Origin: Candidatus Moraniibacteriota bacterium | Lineage (GTDB): Bacteria > Patescibacteriota > Minisyncoccia > Moranbacterales > GCA-2747515 | Direction: 5' to 3' | DNA: 64,000 nt | Assembly: GCA_046116545.1 (NCBI GenBank) | Contig: CP175956.1 | Coordinates: forward strand, 385,734-449,733 | Made by a program: the position numbers and the translations under genes | The notes under the pieces: model-generated | The model's input: only the letters and a program-made list of their open reading frames with translations | Database searches by the model: none | What the model was told of the DNA's origin: nothing | Shown: positions 1 to 9,372 of the stretch, one piece after another | How the letters are laid out: each line of letters opens with the position of its first letter | Numbering within the stretch: the first letter of the stretch is position 1

Positions 1-1416
1 GAATCGGCATCCATGCGGATGCAAGGTATTCTTTGCTAACAGAAAAGAATATTTCCTTTCCTGCCGCAATAATCTCATGTGTCTTTTTGAGACTTTCCTC
101 AGTTGACACAATTTGATCAAGAATAGCCTCATGCAGTTCTGGTAAATTAACAGCATTTGATGATGCAATTTCTGCTTCATCTTCTGCACTATCACAAAAA
201 GTAAAAACATCATTGTATCGATGGCCCTCTAGTGCTGCCTGTGCTTGATTGAAAATATCATTTGCATTTTCCATCCTAGCAAGCATTGGTAATACGAAAT
301 AACCACTCTCTTCAACATGAGTAATTTTAACGACAGCCTCTACAAGAATTTGTTTAACAGCAGAAATACGTTTTGGCGCCTCACTAACACGTTGCTTCAA
401 ATCAGCAACTTGCTTTGCGATCAGAATATTTTTTGCATTCACTTCAATAAGCGACGCAAGGATTTCTCCGTACGTTTTTGCAATAGTGACATATTCCGGC
501 ACAGAAAGATTCTCAGTATCTGGATCCATTTTTGATGGTAAGCCAGTATATGTCCTCGCTGCATGACCATATGTTTTTTCTGCAGATGCAAACAACTCTG
601 CAACTACTACTATATCATCTGCAACAACAACTTTTACCAGAGAATTCACAAGTGACTTTGAACGAGCAATTGGAAGTTTTAATTCATTAATCAACCTCGA
701 ACATTGCACTTTCATACTCTGTGCTTTACGCTGTGCTGCGCTTCTTTTTTCTTGCTCCCTCTTTTTGTTTCTAAAAAACCAAATGATTGTTGCAATAATA
801 CCACCCACTACAGAAAGGGTGAAAATCCACTTAAGTAATGACCACAAGCCAGACATGTCTGTTGCTTCCTTTTGTACAACAACTGTCGGTGGTGCTACGC
901 GCATTGTCTCACGTACAACATTTGACTGTGGCACATGCGCAGCTGGCACCGGTACATCCAAAACTTTTTCAATTTCATTCAAGGCTGTTATAAATGCTTG
1001 AGCTAAATCACCACTCCGTAGTAGTGGTTTAACTTTGTTTTCACGTATCTGCTTATGATACAAATCCAATTCAGCTTTCCAAAAATCTCCATAGTACAAA
1101 CCTAAATCTCGTTTACCAAATGATACTATAAGTGATATCAATTTCCCATTACTGGTTGATTGCCATTCACTGCATGTATCTTTAAGATGTTGAACGTATG
1201 TATCAAAAGATGAATGTCCTCCAAAATCCTGTATTGCTTGCATACGAACCGTAGCACCAAACTTTTCTTCAAATTTTTGTACTACATCTGCAATACGTGA
1301 TTTATCAGAACCAAAGACACCTGCCTGATCCCATACAACACTACTACATTCATCCGCATATAATACTTGCGGCATAAAACATAGCAATATGCCAATTAAA
1401 ACTAACCATTTTTTCA
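1..1416 (-). CDS. TPM-domain (TLP18.3/Psb32-like phosphatase-fold) membrane protein; 5'-partial in window (gene continues past position 1; start codon at 1414-1416)
   Basis: Own translation of minus strand from ATG at 1416: MKKWLVLIGILLCFMPQVLYADECSSVVWDQAGVFG... signal peptide, TPM-like core (GGHSSFDTY..DFWKAEL), one TM helix (IFTLSVVGGIIATIIWFF), long charged C-terminal region; not in ORF track because it runs off the window edge; plus-strand ORFs 317..535 and 765..1001 are its shadows. Confidence 0.5.
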
Positions 1417-1626
1417 TGAGCCTCTCCCACTTTTAAATTGATAGTATGGTCTTTATACTAAACCAAACTGTTAAAAAACTAATTTTTCTGAAAAATCATT
1501 TCCAGAGTTTTATTTATACAAAAAATATACATAAAACTCTAAAAATCATACATGATAATATATTTACAATAATAATCACTATCAAAAAACCGACTAGATA
1601 ATGTAACACAAAATCAGTAAAAAATC

Positions 1627-1656
1627 AAGCACTAGTTTTATTCAAAACTAGTGCTT
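1627..1656 (-). terminator. intrinsic terminator after PurA-like gene
   Basis: agcactagtttt-attc-aaaactagtgct hairpin abutting the stop codon, T-rich on minus strand downstream. Confidence 0.6.
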
Positions 1657-3091
1657 ATTTTAATGCTTTTTGGTACATCCTACAAATCTTATCTGTAGCA
1701 CATGGACCGACCGACACAATACCTATAAGTGTATTTAGCTCATGTTCTATAAATTGAACATATTGTTGTGCTGAGGGTGGCAATTCATCATAACTTCGTA
1801 TATGCGAAATTTTTTCATACCATCCTATGTGTTGTGTCATTATCGGAATACATTGATTTAACACATGCGTACGATAACGACTCATTTCTCTCGATACATT
1901 TTCATTCTTTTTGATATCATCGATAACTACTCGTTCACCAATATAATGATATTCAAAAAGTTGATTGAAAAATTCACCAACCTCACCCTGATATTCATAT
2001 GATGTACACACATCAATGACATCCATACCAGAAAGTCGATCGAGATTTGTTAAGGAAATATAGTCAAGATTACCTGTACATGCGATTGCATACTTCGTAG
2101 CTACAAGATCAAGCCATCCTACACGGAAATTACCTTGCCATTTTCCCGTACCGTTATGCATATCTGGAATCAATTGACCCAGCTCATAACTTTCTGTTAC
2201 AAATGGTCCAGCGCCATGTCGTGTCATATATGCACGCATAACTCCAACTCGTACAACATCCGCATCACACTCTTCCAGTAATAAATCTGCATTGTAACTA
2301 GTTGTCTGAGAATGCGTGATGTGTGGATAAAAACCATACCCTTCATCCAACAAGACTCCTTGCGAGCCTTCAAACACAAGTGGCCCGACACAATGATTAA
2401 AGAAATCATTCGCTGACATTATTTGCACAATGTCATTTGTTGCAAAATGATAAAATTGTTCACAGATGTCTTCTACATAACCACGCTGCGTTAATTGTGC
2501 AAATAATATTTGCACTTGTTCATTATTTGAATACTGCGCCATAACCTGTTCAGCAAAATCAATCTTGAAATCTCTGAGAAAACATAACTTTTTCAAAGAT
2601 ATTTGTTTATCTGCAAGGTCTCCGATGCGTAATACTTGCTCACCAAATATAACTCCATCAGAAAATGTTTCTCCAACTCCCATGCCACAACTTCCGAGTC
2701 GTTCATCACCACGTATACATTCACGCATACGATTTATAATTTTGTGAAATGGTGTAGTGACCAAACATTTTGAATCAATTGTTATATTTCGTAAACTATC
2801 ATATTGCAGTTTCCCCTGTAATATGCCCAATTCATTTATGAGTGCAACTGGATCAACTACCATATAACGAGACAAGAAAGTTTGAATCTGCTTACTAAGT
2901 GAAGCTGCTCCAATTTGTGCAAAGCAATGGTGTGTACCATCACTCAATAAAATATTATGCGCAGCCTGCGCACCTCCACTAAATCTACAAATTGCAGTTG
3001 CTCTTACATATTGAGCTAGATAATCAACCGTTGTTCCCTTGCCCTCATCGCCAAATCCAAGTCCAACTACAACATATACGTTTTGTGTCAT
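1655..3091 (-). CDS. adenylosuccinate synthetase (PurA) family ligase, divergent
   Basis: GDEGKGT P-loop-like motif near N-term, SGGAQAAHN (cf GGHNAGHT), FEGSQGVLLD..YPHITHSQTT (cf FEGAQGTLLD..YPYVTSSNTT), GAGPF, GWLDLV, LTNLD, VSVGPC blocks all collinear with PurA; but the PurA Arg-rich Asp/IMP loop (TGRRRRTGW) is replaced by GKWQGNFRVGW. Confidence 0.7.
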   Translation of the reverse strand: MTQNVYVVVGLGFGDEGKGTTVDYLAQYVRATAICRFSGGAQAAHNILLSDGTHHCFAQIGAASLSKQIQTFLSRYMVVDPVALINELGILQGKLQYDSLRNITIDSKCLVTTPFHKIINRMRECIRGDERLGSCGMGVGETFSDGVIFGEQVLRIGDLADKQISLKKLCFLRDFKIDFAEQVMAQYSNNEQVQILFAQLTQRGYVEDICEQFYHFATNDIVQIMSANDFFNHCVGPLVFEGSQGVLLDEGYGFYPHITHSQTTSYNADLLLEECDADVVRVGVMRAYMTRHGAGPFVTESYELGQLIPDMHNGTGKWQGNFRVGWLDLVATKYAIACTGNLDYISLTNLDRLSGMDVIDVCTSYEYQGEVGEFFNQLFEYHYIGERVVIDDIKKNENVSREMSRYRTHVLNQCIPIMTQHIGWYEKISHIRSYDELPPSAQQYVQFIEHELNTLIGIVSVGPCATDKICRMYQKALK

Positions 3092-4009
3092 TTATGCATT
3101 CACCTCCCTTGCGATAAAACGTAAAAATTGTTTGTATACATCAATTGCCTTATTAAATGCTGTTTCAGAAAAACACAAGCTATCACTCAGCATAATTGTC
3201 CTATATCCAAATGAATACATCAGATACAAGTCAGATAGGTCTCCAATAGAAACATCTCCACTAGATACAAATGATGTCAGTATACGAGACGCAACAATTG
3301 CATTTGAATCTTTTGCAATAATCATTTGCAACGCATCAAGTATATTCCATTTATTTGAACCAATATTGATGTATAAATCATCACGTGCAGCCATAAGACC
3401 AGTCTTTTGAACTGCGTCAATGTTTTGTACAAATTGCAATCCTGCACATGACTCAATTTTTGCAATTACTTGTGCATCTTTATCGCGAGCATGCAAAACA
3501 TCAATATCACATTGATTTTGAACAAATGACAACATGTAGTCATGTAATCCTAACTCCTTAGCTACTTCTATATACTCACAATCCTCATCAGTAAAAAATC
3601 CTTTTATACACAGATTATTTCCAATGATATTCACTGCTTGACCCGCACCAACAGCATGCTGTGGTGGTGGATCTACAAAAATTTTTATACCATTGATTTC
3701 ACGAATTTCAGATTTACTTCCATCACGAAATACAATAGTTGCAGGTAGGTCAACACTAACTTCATGATTGAGCTCAATGTCTCCGTAAGTTGGTTCTGCC
3801 CACTTTACAATACGTAATTGTCGACATTTCAAATCAACCCATAGCTTCTTTTCACCCAAACATTCGATTATACGCTCCAATGTATTTTTTGGAGTATATG
3901 GTGTACGTACACCAGTATTAAATCGCACAGCATTTACTTGCGTATTCATAACTATCTTGTACATTTGCGTAACATGTGGTGACGGAATTGTTGCTATTAA
4001 TTTCATCAT
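3092..4009 (-). CDS. pyruvate-kinase-like TIM-barrel protein (A-domain only, no B/C domains)
   Basis: N-term KLIATIPSP...VNAVRFNTG resembles PK (K)IVCTIGP...MNVARLNFSHG; AKIESCAGLQFVQNIDAVQKTGLMAARDDLYINIG matches PK (S)KIEN.EGV.N.DEI...DGIMVARGDLGVEIP; only 305 aa. Confidence 0.55.
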   Translation of the reverse strand: MMKLIATIPSPHVTQMYKIVMNTQVNAVRFNTGVRTPYTPKNTLERIIECLGEKKLWVDLKCRQLRIVKWAEPTYGDIELNHEVSVDLPATIVFRDGSKSEIREINGIKIFVDPPPQHAVGAGQAVNIIGNNLCIKGFFTDEDCEYIEVAKELGLHDYMLSFVQNQCDIDVLHARDKDAQVIAKIESCAGLQFVQNIDAVQKTGLMAARDDLYINIGSNKWNILDALQMIIAKDSNAIVASRILTSFVSSGDVSIGDLSDLYLMYSFGYRTIMLSDSLCFSETAFNKAIDVYKQFLRFIAREVNA

Positions 4010-4091
4010 CTATCTACCTCCTCGAACTTGAAATAAAGATGGAGGAGATGTGCATCTACACGGCTCCTCCATTTATTTTTATCTTACCTGA

Positions 4092-5627
4092 TTACAGACG
4101 ACTTGTTTTGTTCTTGCGTCTCTTACCAGAGTTTCTTGCAGGTAAATTACCTGTATCAACTTTCGCAATTGCTGTTGTACTTGCCAGACTATCCAGCGCA
4201 CCCCGAGCATCACTTTGACGAATCTGTGTCTGACCACGCCCTGCCATATCGACAATATAATCATCAATATCAGTTCCTTCAGAAATTGCTAACGCACCCA
4301 TCATTACATCCACAACTGCGCGAGGATCATCAATGATAAGAATGTTTTCCTCTGGAATAACTGACGCCCACTGCGCTTTGATGACTTGATCATCATAACC
4401 AGAATACATACCCACTTCCAACGGACGCTCGTTTGGATCAAAATCAAACGTACCTACAACCACGTCACTTCCTGTCGGAGGAGTACCACTTCCGCGTCCA
4501 ACTGTTCCTTGGCCAATCGTGTCAGTAAAAGTCTGAATTTTACCATGCATTTCTACTTCAACAGTAAAATCTATGGGAAACTGACGATAGCTATTATCAT
4601 CATGTACAGAAAAATTTCGCATAAAAACAGTATATTTACCTTTTGGTGCACTGCCTCGTTCCCACCTGACATTTTCTACTGGTTTACGTGTCTCACGTCC
4701 ACCAGCATTACGATCAACATCCAGTTCACCTCGTCCATTACGAGATACTTTATTATCATATGCGATGTGTTCTGCTACACCGCCTGCGCCAACATCTGGA
4801 TCAACAATGACATGTAAATCCAAATCATCATATGTATTCCACATCCCTGTTGCCCGAAAGTCAATATCTTCATATTGTCCACCAGCTTCATCAAGACGCT
4901 TTTTGATTTCTGCATCAATATCATCCTTTCTTTCTTCCCACGTTTTTTGTGGATAGACAAAGAAAACATGATATTTTTCTTGCAATTCGCGGAAAATCTG
5001 TTCTGTCGGAATGTCAGATGGAACATCATCACCAATATAGGTTTTGATTTGATCCTTGGAAATATTAGAATAAAATCCTTCATCGCCTAGAAAAAAAAGA
5101 TATCCTTTTTTACCACGCTTCCAACAATCAAGCTCCGTCTTTCTGGCGAGGTAATACGCCATGAGTTCATATGACTCTTGACCAGTTCCTCCACCACCTT
5201 CTTCCAACCAGATTTTGCCCAAGTGTTCATCCAAGACATTATCAGCATCAAACTGTGCTACCTGAATTGGTGCCTTATCACCACTTGTCGCATCACCAAC
5301 AGCCGCAAAGCAGATCTCAGGATCATCAACATAGCCCTTCATGATTAGCTGACCGATAAACATCGGTAACTTACCATAAATTACTTTTGCATCATCACCA
5401 CGTGACCTCGTCACATCCATCGCAACAATAATTGGCGTTGCTTGTGGATGTTCCTCGGTATCACGACATTCACGTATCATATCTTTGATATTCAAGTCAT
5501 CATGAACTGCACGACGTGCTGTCGCAGCATCTTCATCTGGACCCTCATATCCTGAATACGTAAAATTATCTCTGCAACTTGAGCGTTGTCGATCACCTAC
5601 ATCACCGTCGTAAAATCCTCCACCCAT
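4092..5627 (-). CDS. von Willebrand factor A (vWA) domain protein with ~300-aa uncharacterised C-terminal region
   Basis: IIVAMDVTRSRG (MIDAS-like DxTxS), ...EEGGGGTGQESYELMAYYLARK, ...YLFFLGDEGFY fits vWA fold signature; GC content visibly higher than flanking genes. Confidence 0.5.
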   Translation of the reverse strand: MGGGFYDGDVGDRQRSSCRDNFTYSGYEGPDEDAATARRAVHDDLNIKDMIRECRDTEEHPQATPIIVAMDVTRSRGDDAKVIYGKLPMFIGQLIMKGYVDDPEICFAAVGDATSGDKAPIQVAQFDADNVLDEHLGKIWLEEGGGGTGQESYELMAYYLARKTELDCWKRGKKGYLFFLGDEGFYSNISKDQIKTYIGDDVPSDIPTEQIFRELQEKYHVFFVYPQKTWEERKDDIDAEIKKRLDEAGGQYEDIDFRATGMWNTYDDLDLHVIVDPDVGAGGVAEHIAYDNKVSRNGRGELDVDRNAGGRETRKPVENVRWERGSAPKGKYTVFMRNFSVHDDNSYRQFPIDFTVEVEMHGKIQTFTDTIGQGTVGRGSGTPPTGSDVVVGTFDFDPNERPLEVGMYSGYDDQVIKAQWASVIPEENILIIDDPRAVVDVMMGALAISEGTDIDDYIVDMAGRGQTQIRQSDARGALDSLASTTAIAKVDTGNLPARNSGKRRKNKTSRL

Positions 5628-5667
5628 TTTTTAATCCTCCTGATTTTTTAACATTTTACCAATAGTG

Positions 5668-6762
5668 TTATACACGGAATTCCAAAAACTTTTTTGGACC
5701 CCATAATTCTATAACCAAATCATTTAACATTGCATACATTTCCCATGCATCTTGTGCACGTTGCCGCGGACTCTCAAGTGTAAAAAACTTGAGAAATCTC
5801 TGCAGCGCAGCGTTCACAGATGCAGGCATTGCATTTGTTTTTACATCACCACCAAGCGCAAAGATCATCGTTTTCCCTAGAGAATAGAGATCTGATGCTG
5901 GTAACGGTGACTTTTTCTGCACAACTTCTGGTGCACTAAATTCCTCATTAAATACCTTGAACCCATCATTTGTTCGTGCAGGATTCAGAGCACTATAACA
6001 CCAGTCAATAAGCCATGCGTTATGATCTTTTGGTCGAATCATAATATGTGATGGATCGATGTTTCCATGTACACAACCTTGACTATGTACATAACCAAGC
6101 GCACTAAGCGCACGGTTCATCATCCATACAACATGCTTCTGATCAATACCATATTTCCATCGCGAACTTTCACGAATAGAATATAAGTCATGACCATCAA
6201 TGTACTCCATTATCGTTCCAAGTTGTCCATCACTGGTCTTGAATCGATCCAAAAGTACTGGAAGATGTTTCAATTGACTTGCAGGATTATCTTTGAACAA
6301 TCGCAAAATTTTAATCTCATTTTGCATCAAATCATTATCTGCACTATCATCAACAACTTTTACAACAACTGGACCAGTAAATGCATCTCCAATCGCCTGA
6401 CCACCATACACAACACTTAAATCACCTTCTGCAAGCGTCTTTGTGACAGTATACGTATTTTTACGAGTTTGAATCGTAAATGATTCACTATCTGAAATAT
6501 CAGTTTGTTCTTCAGATAATGTGTCTCCGTATATGCCTTGCGTCAATTTTCGAGTTGCCTTTACATAATACTCAGTCAACTTTACAAAAGCATCATTTGC
6601 CTGCACATTACCATTATTTCTATCTGGATGTACAACTTTTGATAACTGCCTAAAAGTACTTTTAACAAAAGCTGCATTTGCTTCAATGCCAAAGATATCC
6701 TCAGGATATTGTGCACATTCTATTCGCTCACATACAACTGTAAGTTCTCCCATTGCTTTCAC
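5668..6762 (-). CDS. J-domain (DnaJ-like, HPD motif) fused to protein-kinase-like domain, probable pseudokinase
   Basis: N-term ...FRQLSKVVHPDRNNGNVQANDAFVKLTEYY (HPD J-domain); kinase-like VVVKVV / EIKILRLF / catalytic-loop position VHGNIDPSHIMI (HRDLKPEN with D->N and K->D) / LIDWCYS (DFG-like) / SAPEV (APE). Confidence 0.55.
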   Translation of the reverse strand: MKAMGELTVVCERIECAQYPEDIFGIEANAAFVKSTFRQLSKVVHPDRNNGNVQANDAFVKLTEYYVKATRKLTQGIYGDTLSEEQTDISDSESFTIQTRKNTYTVTKTLAEGDLSVVYGGQAIGDAFTGPVVVKVVDDSADNDLMQNEIKILRLFKDNPASQLKHLPVLLDRFKTSDGQLGTIMEYIDGHDLYSIRESSRWKYGIDQKHVVWMMNRALSALGYVHSQGCVHGNIDPSHIMIRPKDHNAWLIDWCYSALNPARTNDGFKVFNEEFSAPEVVQKKSPLPASDLYSLGKTMIFALGGDVKTNAMPASVNAALQRFLKFFTLESPRQRAQDAWEMYAMLNDLVIELWGPKKFLEFRV

Positions 6763-6771
6763 CTCCTCTTA

Positions 6772-7410
6772 TTAATTGTACTCATTGTGCACAATAATAC
6801 ATGCATCATCTTTTTGTAATTTGATTTTTTCTTCATACAATGACACAACATCTGACTCAAAACGATCTCGCACAACTTGTGCTGATACACCATACTTTTG
6901 TGTATCACGCATAATTCTCCGTTGTAAAAGTGTTTGTACACTAACATCTATAAAAATATCAATTATGTCACATGAGAGTGTTTGTAAAATAGTAGTGACA
7001 AACAATCCCTCAGCAATAATAATATTTGCTGGTTGACACACATTTTTATGATGTGTAATTCGTTTGTTCAAGTAAATATCATATTGCGGAATGCATACAG
7101 CATTTCCACATAACAATAAACCAATATCTGAAATAAATTCTCGTGTATGATACGAATCAATACTATCAAATATACACCGACCATTTTGGTCTCGTGGCAA
7201 TGTGTTATCATCAACATCCTTAAAATAAGAATCTAATGCTATAACAATTGACATTATATCGCCTTGCAGTAATGCCTGAGTTAATTGCTGTGAAAAATAA
7301 GTTTTTCCACTACAACTACCCCCGGAAACAGCTACTACGATTGGAGAATGTATATATTGCAAATATTCTACAAGTACATTTACGCACAAACATATATTCT
7401 TGTATTCCAT
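6772..7410 (-). CDS. uridine kinase / nicotinamide riboside kinase family P-loop nucleoside kinase
   Basis: VAVSGGSCSGKT Walker A; ALDSYFKD, IIIAEGLF, RRIMRDTQKYGVS..V..RFESDV.SLYEEKI collinear with Udk (IPEDCYYKD, VIILEGIL, RRIKRD..RGRS..V...Y). Confidence 0.7.
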   Translation of the reverse strand: MEYKNICLCVNVLVEYLQYIHSPIVVAVSGGSCSGKTYFSQQLTQALLQGDIMSIVIALDSYFKDVDDNTLPRDQNGRCIFDSIDSYHTREFISDIGLLLCGNAVCIPQYDIYLNKRITHHKNVCQPANIIIAEGLFVTTILQTLSCDIIDIFIDVSVQTLLQRRIMRDTQKYGVSAQVVRDRFESDVVSLYEEKIKLQKDDACIIVHNEYN

Positions 7411-7480
7411 TGACTATATCCTCTTGTATTTTATTTTTAAAAAACTTTTTTTCATTCTGATAAACATTTCTATCTATAAG

Positions 7481-7538
7481 AATGGAAATGGTATACCTAA
7501 ATAAATATTTTGATACACTAATTTCTGTAAAATTATAT
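7481..7538. repeat. duplicated intergenic element in NAD cluster (copy 1)
   Basis: aatggaaatggtatacctaaataaatattttgatacactaatttctgtaaaattatat vs copy at 8241-8298. Confidence 0.5.
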
Positions 7539-7539
7539 G

Positions 7540-7570
7540 TCTAAGAAGATAAATTTTTATCTTCTTAGAC
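7540..7570 (-). terminator. hairpin/terminator downstream of NMNAT-like gene
   Basis: tctaagaagataaa-ttt-ttatcttcttaga perfect palindrome. Confidence 0.5.
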
Positions 7571-7574
7571 TGAT

Positions 7575-8192
7575 TTATGTTTTATATAAATTATTAGAAA
7601 CGATATAGCATGATACATCATCATTTACAAGATGTCTAGTAGTTTCTCCTGCTGCAATGTACTCTCGTGCCATGGTACCCGAACCAAAAATATTAGAAAT
7701 CCCAACAAGTCGTGATTGTGGTGGCAGATCATTACGAGACACCTGATATCCAGGTCGCCGTAATACTAAAAAATTAAGGTCCTGCCAAATTTCACATCCC
7801 CTGCTCCATGTACGGTGAATTTCTGATGCACCATCTTGTCCACCTTCGATTATGTCACCGCCCACGATGTGCCAAATTTCCCCATCAGAAAATTCGTCTT
7901 CATACCTCTTTTGCAAAAGATACGTCGGAGTATACGTGCAACAATCAATGTCATGATAGTCGATTATGACATCATCCATATCTGATAATGCAATCGCTAA
8001 CATATTTTTGCGATGCACTGGTGTAATGACATTTGCCGATTGTTTATCTGGACGTATCCCACATGGCACAACGATCAATACGTCAAAAAACCGTTTCATA
8101 TATTCAATAATTTGAACATGATGTATACATGGCGGATTAAAACTACCCCCAAAAATACCAACTACTTTTTTCATAATTACACCTCTAATCAT
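7575..8192 (-). CDS. nicotinamide/nicotinate mononucleotide adenylyltransferase-like nucleotidyltransferase (eukaryote-type GSFNP motif)
   Basis: VGIFGGSFNPPCIHHVQII = (H/T)xGH-class nucleotidyltransferase motif in the GSFNP(P) form of NMNATs; size 205 aa. Confidence 0.6.
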   Translation of the reverse strand: MIRGVIMKKVVGIFGGSFNPPCIHHVQIIEYMKRFFDVLIVVPCGIRPDKQSANVITPVHRKNMLAIALSDMDDVIIDYHDIDCCTYTPTYLLQKRYEDEFSDGEIWHIVGGDIIEGGQDGASEIHRTWSRGCEIWQDLNFLVLRRPGYQVSRNDLPPQSRLVGISNIFGSGTMAREYIAAGETTRHLVNDDVSCYIVSNNLYKT

Positions 8193-8240
8193 AAAACTTT
8201 AAAAGAACTCATCATCATCCCAAAAATATATTAACCTTAG

Positions 8241-8298
8241 GATGGAAATAATATATCCAAACATAAATTTTGATACACAATTTCTATAATTCAATTTT
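8241..8298. repeat. duplicated intergenic element in NAD cluster (copy 2)
   Basis: gatggaaataatatatccaaacataaattttgatacacaatttctataattcaatttt. Confidence 0.5.
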
Positions 8299-8390
8299 GT
8301 GCTATACCAAGCACATACATGTTTGTTAAAAATATTTATTTATCCAGTGTGCAAAAATTTATTTTGCACACTGGATTTTTGACAACGATA

Positions 8391-9077
8391 TTATTGTGCG
8401 ATGATTTGTGCAGCAGACTGTACAATTATAGCTCCAGCGTCTTGCATTTCATCAATGGCTTTTTTTGTACCATCTGGATCTATACCACGACAAGCACCTA
8501 AATTTAGAATTACTTTAAATCCAGCACGTAATAATTGAAGCACTGTTAGCTTCACACAAAAGTCAGTAGCCAACCCGCCAACAATCACCGTATCCATACC
8601 CTGCACTTGCATCCACTCAATAACACCAGTAGATATTTTATCTCCAAGATCATGATAACATGCCCCATACGGATGCATGTCTCTTTCAACTCCCTTGTAA
8701 ATCAAGAAATCATACTCTTCCGGTTTTGGCAGGCCTGCAATCAACTCAAAACCAAATGTGCCAGGTACACCATGCATAAACCACTTTAAATCAATATTTG
8801 CTAAATCTGCAAAGCATCCTTCTACAGGCTGAGCCAATTCCTTCAATTCCTCTGTTTTCCAATAAGCATTGACCGGATGAGCATCCTTAGATACAACTCG
8901 TTTACTTGCTTTTTTTGCACCATCATTGAGTTCATCAACAATATCCTCACCACCTTTAACAGCTAATTCATCTGGACACCTTGGCGTAAAGCAGTACATC
9001 GCGTCCACATCAAATGCTACTGTTATTGCCTTTTTCACATATACATTATCCATAATCACTACCCCTCCTTTATACAT
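8391..9077 (-). CDS. pncA: nicotinamidase/pyrazinamidase (PncA), isochorismatase-family cysteine hydrolase
   Basis: TVIVGGLATDFCVKLTVLQLLRAGFKV with the GLATD(Y/F)CV catalytic Cys motif; N-term Asp and Lys-bearing blocks typical of the family. Confidence 0.65.
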   Translation of the reverse strand: MYKGGVVIMDNVYVKKAITVAFDVDAMYCFTPRCPDELAVKGGEDIVDELNDGAKKASKRVVSKDAHPVNAYWKTEELKELAQPVEGCFADLANIDLKWFMHGVPGTFGFELIAGLPKPEEYDFLIYKGVERDMHPYGACYHDLGDKISTGVIEWMQVQGMDTVIVGGLATDFCVKLTVLQLLRAGFKVILNLGACRGIDPDGTKKAIDEMQDAGAIIVQSAAQIIAQ

Positions 9078-9326
9078 TTTAGATTTATGATTTTATACAT
9101 AGGCTATTTACAGATCCACTTGTTATCGTTTATTTCAAAGAACAAAACCTTATCGTTACATTAAGTTTTAACTAATTTGCTGTCCAACTATCTTATATGA
9201 TTTTTATAATTGACAGACTTTAGTTATTACTTAGTGTATGTCTTACACTTCTAAATTCACTATAGCACCCCATCCAAATCGTGTCAAGTCTACACTAAGT
9301 ATTTATGGATAACTTTTACAATATAT

Positions 9327-9367
9327 AAAAACCACTTTAAGATAATTATCTTAAAGTGGTTTTTTCT
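9327..9367. terminator. bidirectional intrinsic terminator
   Basis: aaaaaccactttaagataattatcttaaagtggttttttc : 14-bp perfect stem flanked by A- and T-tracts. Confidence 0.7.
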
Positions 9368-9372
9368 ATTTG

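Noticed and set aside
317-1001. Plus-strand ORFs 317..535 and 765..1001
   Set aside because: They overlap the well-supported minus-strand TPM-domain gene (1..1416), which has signal peptide, TM and domain features; the plus-strand products have no features
1655-4009. PurZ (2-aminoadenine Z-genome) pathway for the PurA-like gene
   Set aside because: There is no phage context and no DatZ/MazZ-like HD/NTP-pyrophosphatase partners in the expected arrangement; the neighbouring genes are NAD/nucleoside-salvage-like rather than viral
4079-5090. Several 60-140-aa ORFs on both strands inside 4092..5627
   Set aside because: They are nested in the vWA gene; in a GC-richer segment spurious ORFs are expected; none has an RBS or motifs
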